From the NCBI GenBank assembly GCA_003693705.1, contig RBZT01000934.1, positions 1 through 34,885 of the forward strand: DNA of 34,885 nucleotides, given 5' to 3'. Source of the DNA: Polymyxa betae A26-41 (lineage: Eukaryota > Protista > Endomyxa: Phytomyxea). Below, in pieces: positions 1-12,007 of this stretch (the stretch's first letter is position 1; every line of letters starts with the position of its first letter). The position numbers and the translations under genes were made by a program. The notes below the pieces were generated by a model that did not search any database, had not been told where the DNA came from, and saw only the letters and a list, made by a program, of their open reading frames with translations.

Positions 1-660
1 CAGATTCTGGACGTCTCTAGTTGTCCATGTTTTTGCAAGGCTTGGAAAATGCTCTTTTTCGATTAAAGTCATTATTTGGGCGCAAGTGAGAACACCGAGA
101 CCGTTTAATTCAAGCATTTTAGCCTGAACTTCTTCTGGAATGAACCTTTTCTGAGCGAGTGCTGCCAACTCTTCGTCATCTAGAATTTCATGGTTGTGTT
201 CATTGCGGATCTCATACACTTCATATCCATCATCAGTACGCTGTCGAAGTTTGATTGCGAAAAGACAATCGCATTTGTTTGTCGCCCTTTTTCTTTGAAA
301 CTCTTTTGTTACTTTTGATTCCTTTTTTTGATGTGTTCCAGAGCGAAAGCAACAGAAGTTGACAAATTTCAATTTCTTGGTACTCGTCTGAAATAAGGGC
401 GAACAAGCGAATTGCTCGCAGATTTTCTTTGCTGCAGATAGGGATTCGAACACAGTTCCAATTGACATTTCCCCAGCACAAATCACTTTAACTGGAGATA
501 TGGTTTTTTCAGGGAGGGGATCAGCGGAGCATTCCGTTACATCGCGATCTTCAGGCATGGATCCGAGATCAGGCGAGAGCGGTCCATCACTAAAGTCGAC
601 TTCTACGCTCCTCACATCCGTGCTGGAAAAGCTAAAGAGGTTAGCGACACGAGAGAACAT
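1..660 (-). CDS. Mutator-like (MULE) transposase / FAR1-type DNA-binding N-terminus, runs off the left edge
   Basis: Manual translation, open from ATG 660 to position 1 (missing from the ORF track because no stop is in the window): ...IGTVFESLSAAKKICEQFA...FCCFRSG...RKRATNKCDCLFAIKL...YEVYEIRNEHNHEI...TWTTRDVQNL. This is the C-R-G / K-C-x-C / HNH pattern of FAR1/MULE proteins. Confidence 0.75.
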   Translation of the reverse strand, partial: MFSRVANLFSFSSTDVRSVEVDFSDGPLSPDLGSMPEDRDVTECSADPLPEKTISPVKVICAGEMSIGTVFESLSAAKKICEQFACSPLFQTSTKKLKFVNFCCFRSGTHQKKESKVTKEFQRKRATNKCDCLFAIKLRQRTDDGYEVYEIRNEHNHEILDDEELAALAQKRFIPEEVQAKMLELNGLGVLTCAQIMTLIEKEHFPSLAKTWTTRDVQNL

Positions 661-727
661 GACTTCAGACGGGATCGGGGGCAGAAATGTCACGAGTGGG
701 GAACGTGGTCGTAGATCTAAGACGTAT

Positions 728-781
728 GCGACCGCCTATATAGGAGGTCGCGCACGCAGTTAAAACTGCGACCGGTCGCAG
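728..781. repeat. Cluster of palindromes upstream of the MULE transposase (probable terminal region)
   Basis: gcgaccgcctatataggaggtcgc (728-751, near-perfect palindrome centred on TATATA), cgcagt-taaa-actgcg (755-770), ctgcgaccggtcgcag (766-781, perfect 16-bp palindrome). Confidence 0.6.
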
Positions 782-2415
782 ACGTAGCAGGGTCGTTTAA
801 TGCCGGGATGATGGATGTGTATGATCGGCGTAGATTGGTCCGTAGCGCTACTTCCTTGAAAAGGCACATTCGTGTTGTGCTCTGCCACGAAACGTCGTAC
901 TGGCTCGTTTTGCGCTGTGAAAGCTCCATAAATGGGTTTTAGTAAGGCATCCGGTATGTTGGCGATAATTCGTCATGGACAACACAGCAACAGCATGACG
1001 ACGCTGCGGCTGGAGGATGGAGAGCGCTCTTGATAGCGAACAGAGATTCAGGTTGATGGCGTTCGTGGCTTCGCAGGAAAGACGTTTGGCCACAGTAGTA
1101 GTCGAACAAACTACAGAAGTGGTCGTAGGAAGTCGCGCTGGCCCATTGGATTCGGCGCCTCGTTTCAGAGCATACAGCTGGGCGAACAATGCCACAGGTT
1201 GATGATGAACACAGTTACTATGGTAAATTGACTTTGGGAGGGAGACGACGAGAAAGGCAAAGAGAGTGGAGGCAGAAGATGTCATGGAGGCTGTATTCGG
1301 TATTGTCAAAAGCGTGCTGGAGGCAAATAGAATGAGAAATGAATATCTGATTGAAACGGGGAAACAAGCGTAGATACTCCATATACGGTGATGGATGGCT
1401 TTCTATCAGACCGAAAATGTTGCCCATCGAAGACAAAGACGTTTGCTGATTCTCAGGTGGAATCTTGAATTCAGATCGCTCTATTCAGATTGGTGCAAGG
1501 AAGCCTGTCTGAGCGCGTTTCAGAGCGAATGGTGTAAGAGATGCCTGCGATATAGCTTCATCAGCCAATCTACCAATATTGGATGGAACAGCACCGATCC
1601 GTGATTTTCGATTGCAAGGTGAAAACGGGCTGACGTTCACGATTGTGATATTGAATAAGAAGCAAGGTCTGCGGGGTTTCGAATGCCATCCATGGACGTT
1701 CAGGAAGCACCGTGAGGGTTTAGGGTTTCGGACTGGATGACGAGAAAACCGACAAATAGTTTTGTTTGATGAAGTTGTTGACGTTTTTATGGGAATTGAC
1801 AGAGTGCATCTAGAGAATGTGCTCAGATATAGGAATCAGCCGCACTATAGACAGAGCCGCTGGATACCGACGGAAACGTCATCTTAATTGGTGACAGCCA
1901 GATCGACACCGATTTGCGATTTCATGACGAATAAACTGATATATGACATACAGACAATGGCGAATGACGATGTATGAGTGATTATATGCAGATTCAGTAT
2001 CAGACAGATAGCCAAGGCAATTGAGCTGAGCGGATATTTTGAAAGTACCATCAGCTGGTGGTTATTGGCCAGCCGTTCTACGAACACCATTAGGGTTTAG
2101 GGTTGACCCTCTAAATATAAAACGGACCAAGAAAAGCGGGTGACGTGACCGCTTGCTGTAAGCACAAATCTGTCGACGTATCGGTGCCAGTCGCTACGGC
2201 ATAGATTATCACCAGGATGACGGCCACGACAGACGACGTCCTCATCGATGAGATGCGGACCTCGAGTCAGTCGGTAACCCGTAACGTGTTGCAAGTCTCG
2301 CAAGTGCCGCAACACGAGGCGCAGCCCCGGTTACCTTGCCAAGATTCAACTGACTAATCCGAGTGGTGCTTTTTTTAAAAATGATCAAAAAATTCCAACA
2401 TTGAGTGAGCGTATG

Positions 2416-2934
2416 TTAGCAAAGTTGGATGAACTTTTGGGCCCTCGTGAGAGCCATTCCGATGATAGAAGTTACTAGAAGGAGATACAGCAGCATAACG
2501 ATGAATAGCTTGACGTCGAAGCACACCCGAGAACGAACGGATCGATTTCGAAGGATGGCAGGCCGTTCTTCGAAATATGGTTTTGCTAGCAGCGTGAGAA
2601 GGAAAATGATTGAGAGCGTTCGGGTGAGCAGATACGATTTGCTTATCGCCGTAAGAATGAGGATGGTGACCGTATCCGAGCTGGCCAGCATGCAAAGTCT
2701 CCCAATAAGAATGCTCTCATACGAAATCTCAATTGGATGAAGATCCGACATAGTATCTACAAGGCAGATTCAGCCTGATCTTCCGGTCGTCCAATGAGAA
2801 GAGAAGAGACCCATAAAGGCAGGAGCATTCCGATCTGGTCGGATAATGAGAGAATCAACAGCCGGCATGCTGGTCACGAAAGACCCCACCCAGATTATGA
2901 TGAGAGCGAAGATCACGATGCCCCGCGCCAGCAT
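2416..2934 (-). CDS. Small multi-pass membrane protein, 2 exons (2934-2811, 2756-2416); paralogue of 4430-4954
   Basis: Hydrophobic N-terminus MLARGIVIFALIIIW; a 54-nt GT-AG intron (2810-2757) joins in frame to ORF 2416..2751; gapless similarity and same intron position as the gene at 4430. Confidence 0.65.
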
Positions 2935-3162
2935 ATTCGCGCGTCGCGATCAAAGTGAAGGCAACAAATAGGACTGGCACCGCGCATCAAAACGGCCATA
3001 GCATTCGGTAATCTCGAAACCTTCACAAAAAGATGCGCATTGAAAAACACGAAACGACCCTGTCATCGGCTAAACAGTGCGTACGTGACGCACTTTGTTG
3101 TCATCGAGAGATTCATTACGGTATTCTTAGAAGAATGGAATTTTGCCTGCTCCGTGACTCGC

Positions 3163-4274
3163 TTTTCGTGTTTGGAATGACCTAAAGATGGCCTAATGGG
3201 CCTAAAGCCCTAAATGGCCTATACTTGCCTGATACCAGATCGTCGTTGCAGAGTTGAGATTGATTGAATCATCCATTGTCGTCATTGTCAAACGTGTCTG
3301 TAAACAGCAATATCTATGACATCTTCCATTGGTTTGCAAATGTTTCTGAATCCTCAACGTTCGGCCAGTTAAAAAATCCAATGATTGTGTTGAAATATTG
3401 CTCAGATGTCGCCCCAACGCGTCGCACCACATTTCCTGCACTTTTCGATTTACCGATTTCGGAATATGACCACTCTTGATGTTTGGATTACGCTTCCGGT
3501 TTTTATTAACAGCGCTTTGCTTCTGTGACCAAATTCGCTACTGTATACTGACTGTGCGGTTAAAAAGGGGAAAATTTATGTGGATTTGAGGAAGACCTGT
3601 TTTATGGCATTTTCCGAAAGTATATTATGAAATCAACTTGCCTGTCACAACACCAATCTTAAGTTTCTGGAACAATGGAGAGTTTGTCGTTGATCCGTCT
3701 TAAAACGCTGATGATCTACGCTCGTGCGTAGGGCATACACAGGTGACAGTCTCCCTCGACGGTTTCCGATACAGTCTCAGTCTCATCTGAAGTGAAAAAA
3801 CAGTAATGTTTTTGTGCATGGTATTTGGCGAGTGCGCAGAATTGAGCAGATATGAGCACGCGTCAATTCGTTTTCGGATACTTTAGTCATAACAATAGAA
3901 CATCTAACAGTTTCGCCCTTCAGATACGCTTTCATCTAGGCAAAATGCTGCCAAATAGATTTGCCACCGCACCCATAATAATTGACTAAGCTGGAATCTT
4001 GTTAAAAGATGGTTGGTTGCTGAAAATTTCAGAAAGATGACAGAAACAGCAGAACTGTTTGGCGTGAAGTTTTGAATCTATACGGTTGCAAAGCGTACTC
4101 CCAGGTGGACCTGTGATGCATTCCGCCTGCCAACTCGAGAGCCACTAAAGATTGTTCTGGAATTGACCACAGTCATGCGTGGATTAGGGTTCTTGACACG
4201 GACTGAACATTAGGCTAGTTTTTAAGCCATTTTTTCCCGATCACACCATTTTGAGGCCATTCCAAACATGAAAA
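3163..4274. mobile_element. Degenerate DNA-transposon relic with imperfect inverted repeats
   Basis: 3163-3191 matches the reverse complement of 4246-4274 at 25/29 nt; TAGGCCAT/ATGGCCTA-like motifs cluster at both ends; interior has no intact ORF, only a GATRWG fragment (minus strand, ~3410-3430) reminiscent of the hAT TRW motif. Confidence 0.45.
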
Positions 4275-4429
4275 TTTCGCTCATGGAGATTAGGCCATTT
4301 TTAGCATTAAACAACGCCTGAAAACCTGCGCGCATGGACACTTCGTAGGGCGAAGGTCAATCGAATGTCAACTTTAGCCGAAATTTTGTTTCTCCAGCGG
4401 CGTCGTAAGCCAATTCGCCTTCTCCACCG

Positions 4430-4954
4430 ATGATGCCAGCGACCAGGGCTTTCGAGCTCGTGGTGGTCCCAGCCCTGACCCTAATACTTTCCGCGGCTAC
4501 AACTGCTGTCGCTGGCTCTTTAATGAGGATCCAATCAGCTGATATCGCTCCCGCCTTTCTCGGTATGCCTTTCGTTATCGAATAGTTTAATCTGCAATGA
4601 TTTGCGGTAGAGAAATTGTCGGATGGTCCAGGATTTCTTGAATATATTCACTTGCTACAGAATCGTCTTTATCCCAATTTATTCGAATTCTCTATTCTGT
4701 TCACGGTTTCGGATCTCTTTCGGGCATCCCCTCGAGCCCGCCTGCTTTCTATCTCCATCTTCTATTTGATATTCGCTAGACCCGTCGTTGATCGAATTCT
4801 GGCGCGTTTCTCGCCAAACTTTCGCTGCCTTCGTTTCTGTCTGTATATTATCCTGTTTTGCTCCATGCTCGCATACACTGGCATGTTGATTATGCTCTCT
4901 GACACTCTCGTCTCGGATCCAAACAACATCACGTCGTGTCAAGCTCTAACATGA
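4430..4954 (+). CDS. Small multi-pass membrane protein, 2 exons (4430-4562, 4611-4954); paralogue of 2416-2934
   Basis: ATG 4430; a 48-nt GT-AG intron (4563-4610) joins in frame to ORF 4616..4954; APAFL before a phase-1 intron (APAFM in the paralogue); 14/46 gapless identities in the core. Confidence 0.65.
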
Positions 4955-4989
4955 TTGTGTCATGTTAATAAACCCCAGCTTTGGATTTT

Positions 4990-5920
4990 CATACGATTCA
5001 CAAGTTGTGATTGCCGTCCATTCATCTTTGCTACGACGGATCGCCTGAACTCCATTGCCGAAGGTGTGCTCAACAATGAGGCGCTATCAGACCTTCATTG
5101 ACCGCTTGCAACAAGACCTATCACGTCCATGAAGAAACGCTGACGTCCATCAGCCCTATGACTGCTGGTATGCCCAATCGGCCAGAAAGGGTACAATCCA
5201 TTTTCTTTGTTGTTCTATCCCGGTTCGACGTTACTCTCTTGCAGAACTTTTAACAAACATTTTTTGTTTTTTTCTGCTTCAATGTGATTTTTTTATTCTG
5301 AAACCTGAAAGCCTTGGGAAGATGGTAATAAAAGCCGCTCAGATGAGGAAATTTGACGCGAATTCTGCTATCCCATCACAGCTGACCGGAACGTGGTGAA
5401 CCTCGAATATGGTTCTTACCTGTCTATGGCTGGTATATGGGCTCCAGGACGGCTGTGCCGGCATCAAGGAGGCGTTTGATGTGGCAGCTCTCTTACCCTA
5501 CTTGATAAGCAGCCTAATCAAGTACCTCTGCAATACCTATCAGGCGATCATGGAAAGCGTTCTCTACGCAAAATAGTCTCAATGCTTTCAGGCAAGCTAT
5601 ACTGTCCGCCGAAGGTTGCACTGAGCCTTGTTCGCCCCCGAAAATCGCTTGTACAAGGTTGAGGAGAACGATTTCCGCGAGCTGGTCGAATTCATCAAAG
5701 GCGATGTCGTGACGGTTATGATTTGAAAAGCATCGTGGTCGTATAGTTGCATCGCAAAGCGCTGGCTCAAGCACCGTATCCGGGCCGTGCTCAATGCGAC
5801 ACGTTTGATTGAATGGGACTCTTGGCTGGAATCGGGCACCAAAGAATCTCAAACCCTAATGACGATTGTTGCCGAACGCTCTCTGCTGTTACCGGAACGC
5901 ATCTGTCACCAAACGAAATC
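4990..5920 (+). pseudogene. Degenerate copy 1 of a tandem, intron-containing gene family of unknown function
   Basis: Fragments HEETLTSISP/YDCWYAQ, ENDFRELVEFIKGDVVT, EWDSWLESGTKESQTLMTIVAER match copies 2 and 3; stops, frameshifts and an internal deletion. Boundaries approximate. Confidence 0.6.
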
Positions 5921-6039
5921 TGTTATCACTTGTTCTTCTTGGGCACTTTTGCTGTTTGGGACATCCCTTCAAACAAGTTTTTTTTCCTAAGGGTTACGTT
6001 CGTCTGACTCGTGCTGACTCTACCTCTCACATCTATGCC

Positions 6040-6530
6040 TGAAGCATCTTCTCTAATTCGTCATCTTTGAGCGATTTCGTTAATGTTTGTAATATCCCCC
6101 TCAATGCTTGCACGTTGCCAAGCTTTATGACCTGCAAAGCTGCAGTTCAACCTTACTTGGGCAGAGAGTTACTTCGGTCGGCTTCGATAAACGCATCTAC
6201 GAGAACGACGACAGCGAGTTCCGCGAGCTGGTCGACCATCGCAGCTGCCATCTCGTGAACGACGTCGTGCCGGTCATAAACCATGCACCAAGTCTGCCAG
6301 AATCGCTGAGGTTGCTGGTTGATCAGACAGTTGCGGTTCGGGAGGCGTCCTGGGCCCGTTTGCTACGCGATACGTACCATGTTCTGGCGTTGAAATGGCT
6401 AAGGTTTCTGATTGGGAGGATACTCAAGGGACTCGTTCGGTGCAGTGGGATCCCGGCATCAGTTTGGGCGTCGGAGAGTCCCAAAGCCTGATGCCAACTA
6501 TTGCAAGATCGTGCCCGTTAATGCCCTTAC
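6040..6530 (+). pseudogene. Degenerate partial copy 2 of the same family
   Basis: DSEFRELVD, ASWARLLRDTYHVL, then frameshifted QWDPGISLGVGESQSLM; collinear with copies 1 and 3. Boundaries approximate. Confidence 0.6.
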
Positions 6531-6869
6531 GATTACGTACACTGAGGGTCCAGGCTGCGCCGCTGGCCGCGCTATGCCGCTAACAAATGTTTCCTATAAA
6601 TGCAAGGGTGAGATTTATAGGGCGATTCTGTCGTCTTCTCCCATTGCAGCAAATGGTTTAGGGATCCTGGCAGATCAATGAACTTGATCTGAACGCAAAA
6701 TTATCGCAGGGGCAAACCAACTCCGGTCAATGCTATTCAGTAGACGATTCTGTTCTCAATGAATCTTTTAAACCCATTATCGTATGCTCACCTGTTTCCC
6801 TGAGGCAGAACAACTGGTTGTTTCTTTCCGACTTTAATTATGCCAAGTCCAGAAGTACTTTTCGTTTTG

Positions 6870-7820
6870 CGTATTGTGCTGCTGAGAAACGATCCGGAAG
6901 CCAGTCAGCAGATTTCATTGTCCAGCAGACGTTCATCGAACTTGATGATCGGGCTGCGATGACAGACGCCAGAGGCTTGTTCGCCGAAGAGGTATCTATT
7001 AATGAGTGACCACCGGCAGCAAAATCTATCTCGTCCATCAAGAAACATTGGCGGTCATGAGCCCTTATGATCGCCAATATGCTGAATTGACCAAAGAAGG
7101 TAAACCGACCATTTGTGATGTTGTTTTTTGTGATTTAAAGAAGCGATCTGACTTATGTTTGATTTGTGTAGTGATGTGAAAGCCAAGAAACAATTAAAAT
7201 GAAAACGCACGTCTGGCTCTATGTTCCGAAAGGCAACTACGACCTGGACTAGTACGGATCTGTTTCACACCAACCTAAACCTGGCTATGCGCTTTAGAAA
7301 GACTGTGCTGACAGCGACGAGGCGTTTCATGTGGCTGTCTTCTCACACTTCGTGATGAGCGATGCGATTAAGGAGGCTTGTGTCAATTATCGGCAGTGCA
7401 AGGTTTACCGACCTGTACGCGTATTGGCCTCAACGCTTGTAGGTCGCCAAGCTATACGGGCTCGCTACAAACGTTTGTGAAAGATCGACATGGACGATTT
7501 CCGCCCAATGCTTGACAACCTGAGTGGCGATATCGTGACCGGCGTCATCATGGTCATCAAGTATGCAGAGCGACTGTTAGAATATCTGATTACGCTGGAC
7601 GATCAGAAAGTCGTTGTTCGGAATGCATCTCGTGCTCGCTTGTTACGCGCTGCGTATTGGGTGCTGTCGTCGTCGCGCTGGAAGAAAACTGACATCAGGC
7701 CGTACTCGATGCCACTTTCTATTTGAATGCAACTACGGGATCGAGTCGGGCACCGATGAGGCTCAAAACCTGATGTCGATCGTCGCCGAGCGCGTGCTGG
7801 AGGTATCACGCTGTTCGTAA
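6870..7820 (+). pseudogene. Degenerate copy 3 of the same family
   Basis: HQETLAVMSPYDRQYAELTKE, DDFRPMLDNLSGDIVT, ASRARLLRAAYWVL, frameshifted ECNYGIESGTDEAQNLMSIVAER; internal stops. Left boundary approximate. Confidence 0.6.
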
Positions 7821-8520
7821 CTTGGAACGAGTCCTTTGCGGAGGCAGATGTCTTAGAAAGTATTGATGTTTGATGTTCTGGCGTTTCTCAGTCAAAAGAT
7901 TATGCATGCTGCACATTTGTGGAACCGTTTGTCTTCTCCTCGTCTTCTGGTAGAAACAATTTCTATCGTTCTCTCAGAACGCTCTGTCTGTTGTAATGCG
8001 TTATGTTCTTTTATTGTCTTCTTAGATGTATATATAACTATGCAAAGCTCAGTTTGGATAAAATTGTTTCTTGTTAGACTCCAGGCCCTATAGGCTTCGT
8101 TTGTTGCATTCATTACTTGTGTTTGTAAAGCTCATGGTATAGTATGGAAAATCGGATGTCATGGTTTGAGAAATCGTCGCAACTGGTTGGATTAGCCCAA
8201 GTAATCGCATTCGAGGTCTCACTATGAAAACCTTTGAAAGTGGGAATGGGTTCCGTTCGACTGTAAAGAAGGCCTTGCGCTGCATCTTTGTAATGTGATA
8301 TCTCATCCTAGAATATCAGTACCACCAAGGATCACTTTCAAAGGGTGTCGGGTCGGCGCTGTCGCCTTCAGTTCCAAGCGTCTGCGATAGGGTCATTACC
8401 CTTCGTCCAAGACGCCATCAGCTGGGGTCGAGTCGGTCGAGCCGGTCGCCACCCGACCGACAATTCGACTCCATAAGCTCCGGTCGAGGCTGATTCGGTC
8501 GGAATCTGTCACATCTTAAG

Positions 8521-11500
8521 ATGGACTCGAACGGAACGACATCGCGCTGCCAGCCGATTCCGGCGCCGACATCCGCCTTCGTGCGACCGCTGCTCACCGA
8601 TATGTATCAGATTTCAATGGCCTTTGCCTATTGGAAAGCTGGACGTCATAATGACCCGGCTGTCTTCGATCTATTCTTTAGGAATAACCCATTCCAAGGG
8701 TATAAGCAAACAATTGTTTTGATGTTTTCGATTTCTTTCGATTTTTATCTGCTTCGCGTTCGTGCTTGCTAAGATCACGATCATATCTTAGCTTTTTTAG
8801 GAGATGTTCTGCTTTTTATTTGCTTTTATGCCAACATTTATAGATTTCTGTTTTGGATTGAAAGCTCATATTCATTGGCTTTATATAAAATCGACATCGA
8901 ATCTGCTAAGTAGTTGGTTAGGGAATACACCGTGTTCGCCGGGCTCGACGAGGTGATTCGCTTTGTTGCCAACTACAAGCTGAGCGACGATGAGATCTCA
9001 TTCCTTCGTCAAACGTTCCCGCATCTTGGCGAAGAATTCCTGTCTTGGCTCGCGAAGCTTGACGGGTCTAAACTCAAGATCTATGCTGTAGATGAAGGTT
9101 TGTCGCTGTTAAAGACAAATCTTTGCTCCATGACGCGATTTTGCCCATAAAATTCGTCGTTTTGTTATTTTTATGCTTCTTTCAATCCTGTTAATCATGC
9201 GCGTTGATGTTCAGCCTCGCACTCTGAAAGAAAGTAATGTTTTCATTGGTTGAAGCTTTCCAACTTTACAATCATGGTGTTTTCTGAATGATTTTACTTG
9301 ATCGTTTAGCGTATAGCTCGAATTTGCGTTATGCTGATTGCTTTCGCGTTCAGGCTCGGTAGTATTCCCACGAGTTCCCATCATTCGTGTCGAAGGTCGA
9401 TGCTCTGACTCCGAGCTAGATGATATGCTAAGGATTTCGGTTCAGGACCGTTGGCGTTGGCTCAGCTTATGGAAACAACGTTCCTTGTCCTGGTTAACTA
9501 CGCATCTCTGGTTGCTACGAATGCTGCACGCCATCGTGTTGCTGTCGGTGATGACACCTTGTTGTTGGAGTTTGGTCTGCGACGAGCACAAGGTCCGTCT
9601 TCATGCTTCTGAGTTCACTAACACCTTCTCACGATTTAATCGTATTTTGTATTTTGCTTGTTGATGAAATTTTGCACTTTGTTGCTTGTAATTCTAGCAT
9701 CTCCTGATTAAAAAATAGGTCCTGATGGCGGAATGTCGGCGTCTAGATATTCTTTCGTTGGCGGTGTAAGTTTGCTTGTTCTCGCTTTTGGCATTTCGCT
9801 TTTCCTATTTATCTTTATCGTTAGATTTTTGTTAAAGTTTAAAGCTTTTTGATGCTCGTTGTTACTCCATTCATGAACATTCTAATTTCTTCTTTGCAGT
9901 TCGATGCAACAAGTAATGTCGCCGCCGGTCACATGTTCGGCATTGATGTACGAGGAACGCACGCTCATTCGTTCGTCACCAGCTTCACCTCGATATCCGA
10001 AATACGCGACCCCACTCTGATCGACGCACATGGCGAAAGTGTAGATATTCCTTAGTTCGTGCTTTTAGCAGACGCTGACGATCTTTCAGGTTGATTTCCT
10101 GGGCCGGTGCCTCGGATATCGGAAGAAACTCGGCGTTCGTACTTTGTGGAATTTGGAGTTTCTGTTTCTGCTTTCTTTATAACTTCACTGACTGATGTGT
10201 TTGTACTTTCAGTTCTTGAGTTTCGACAGGTTTTTGCTCTGACAGCTACTCCTCGCTTTCTCTCCATTCTCGCTTTCGAATTGTCTACTTTATCTGATTG
10301 AGATTTCCACTCTCCAACTTGAAATACATCTGCTATTATGACCTTGTTACTGATCTTCGCTACCATAGGCGAACACAAACGACTCCGAGCTGGCAGCCTT
10401 CGTCTCGTTCGCGCAGGCATTTCCGCGTCAATTCTTGGCATTGATCGACACTTACAATACCTTGACCAGCGGCTTGTATAACTTCCTGGCGGTAGCTTTG
10501 GCTCTCTATAAATCTGGTACGTCTTTGAAGAAGTCGGGGACTCTTGATATGGCCTGAGCCTTGTTAGGCTATCAACCGGTCGGAATCCGTCTTGATTCAG
10601 GCGACCTCGCCTATTTTTCCAACAGATGTCGAGCAGCATTCAAAGAAGTCTCAACAAGGTACTGCGTAATGCATGTTTTCTGATGGAAAAATATTCTTTT
10701 GAATGTTTACCTTTGTTGCTTCTTTGCAGAGTTTATGATTAGTTTCTGTCTAGCCAGGGCTTTTGGCTGCAAATATATCATATTTTCACAATTGCATTAG
10801 GTTCGGCGTGCCATTCGATAATCTGATGATCGCTGCTAGTAGTGATATCAACGAAGACGTTCTTCAAGCTTTGAAACTTCAAGGGCACTCGATCGGTAAA
10901 GTCCCTTCATCTTCCCTGTCCGTCTCTTATTGGCTGCTTCCAGATTGTTTCGGCGTTGGGACCCATCTAGTCACTTGTCAGAAACAACCGGTTGGTGAAT
11001 TTTCTGAACTGCTTCGAATGTGCATTTTGCTGTTATTGGCGTTGTAATAGTTCTTTTTTCTTCTGATATTTCACATACTTCGACCGTTTATCTCTCATCC
11101 TACTTTCAAACTGCTTTGTTTATGTCCTGTGTACGTATGACGTCTGGCTTAGCATTGAATCTTGTCGCATAGGCTCTCGGTTGCGTATATAAGCTGGTGG
11201 AGATCAATGGCAAGCCGCGTATCAAGGTCTCAGCGGATCTGGAGAAAATGACCATTCCGGGACGTAAAGACGCCTATCGGCTCTATAATAGCCAGGGCAT
11301 CCCGATCATCGACCTTCTAACAAACGCCACTGATCCAATACCGGAGCCCGGAGCTCGTATTCGATGTCACCATCCGACTGGTAATGTTTCTGTCACCGTT
11401 TCGAATCTGTTTCTGTCGCTGACTGGTGTTTTAGAACCACAAAAACGTTGCGATGTGATCCCAGCCCGAGTCGAGCCGCTAATTCGGCTGCAGTTCAATG

Positions 11501-11867
11501 AAGGGCAAGATATCGGGCCACGTTTCTCACTTCCCGATTTGCGTGTTCGTGTTCGTGAACAGGTGGGCGCTGTCGGCTTACGAATGTTTGATGCAGCAGC
11601 TAACAGTTGATTATAGGTCCGCATGCTACGTCCCGATCACTTACGTTATTTGAATCCGACGCCATACAAGGTATTTTTGCCAACGAAAGTTTTTGCTTGT
11701 AATTCTCCCATCGCAGTTTATCGAAATTTGCATTCGCTAGATTTATATTGACGCTCCTAGAATCGTTGCCGGGTTCTAACATTCCTTAGGTTTCATTAAC
11801 AGCAGGTCTTTTCTCCTTCATGCAGTCGCTATGGGACCAAGAGACACCGGTCGAAATTGTCGACTGA
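8521..11867 (+). CDS. NAPRT: Nicotinate phosphoribosyltransferase (Preiss-Handler NAD salvage), about 15 exons
   Basis: Ordered motifs across GT-AG-bounded exons: [105 protein letters not shown]; last exon [25 protein letters not shown] ends TGA 11865-11867. Confidence 0.95.
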
Positions 11868-12007
11868 TTGAATCGCTCTCAAGCCATCGCATGGTTTCCG
11901 GTTTTGGGTCTTGGTATTCGCCGCTATTACCTATAGCTGAATTGTACTGCTCGTCATCGAAGATGGACTTTCAATTTTGTTATTATATACGACGTCCAAA
12001 GACGTGT

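Noticed and set aside
800-2100. Possible piggyBac-like transposase relic on the minus strand
   Set aside because: Only vague fragments (e.g. PMGQRDFLR) among many stops; no TTAA-bounded TIRs or catalytic motif that I can support.
10052-10639. 195-aa minus-strand ORF
   Set aside because: Antisense to NAPRT exons and introns; no domain signal.
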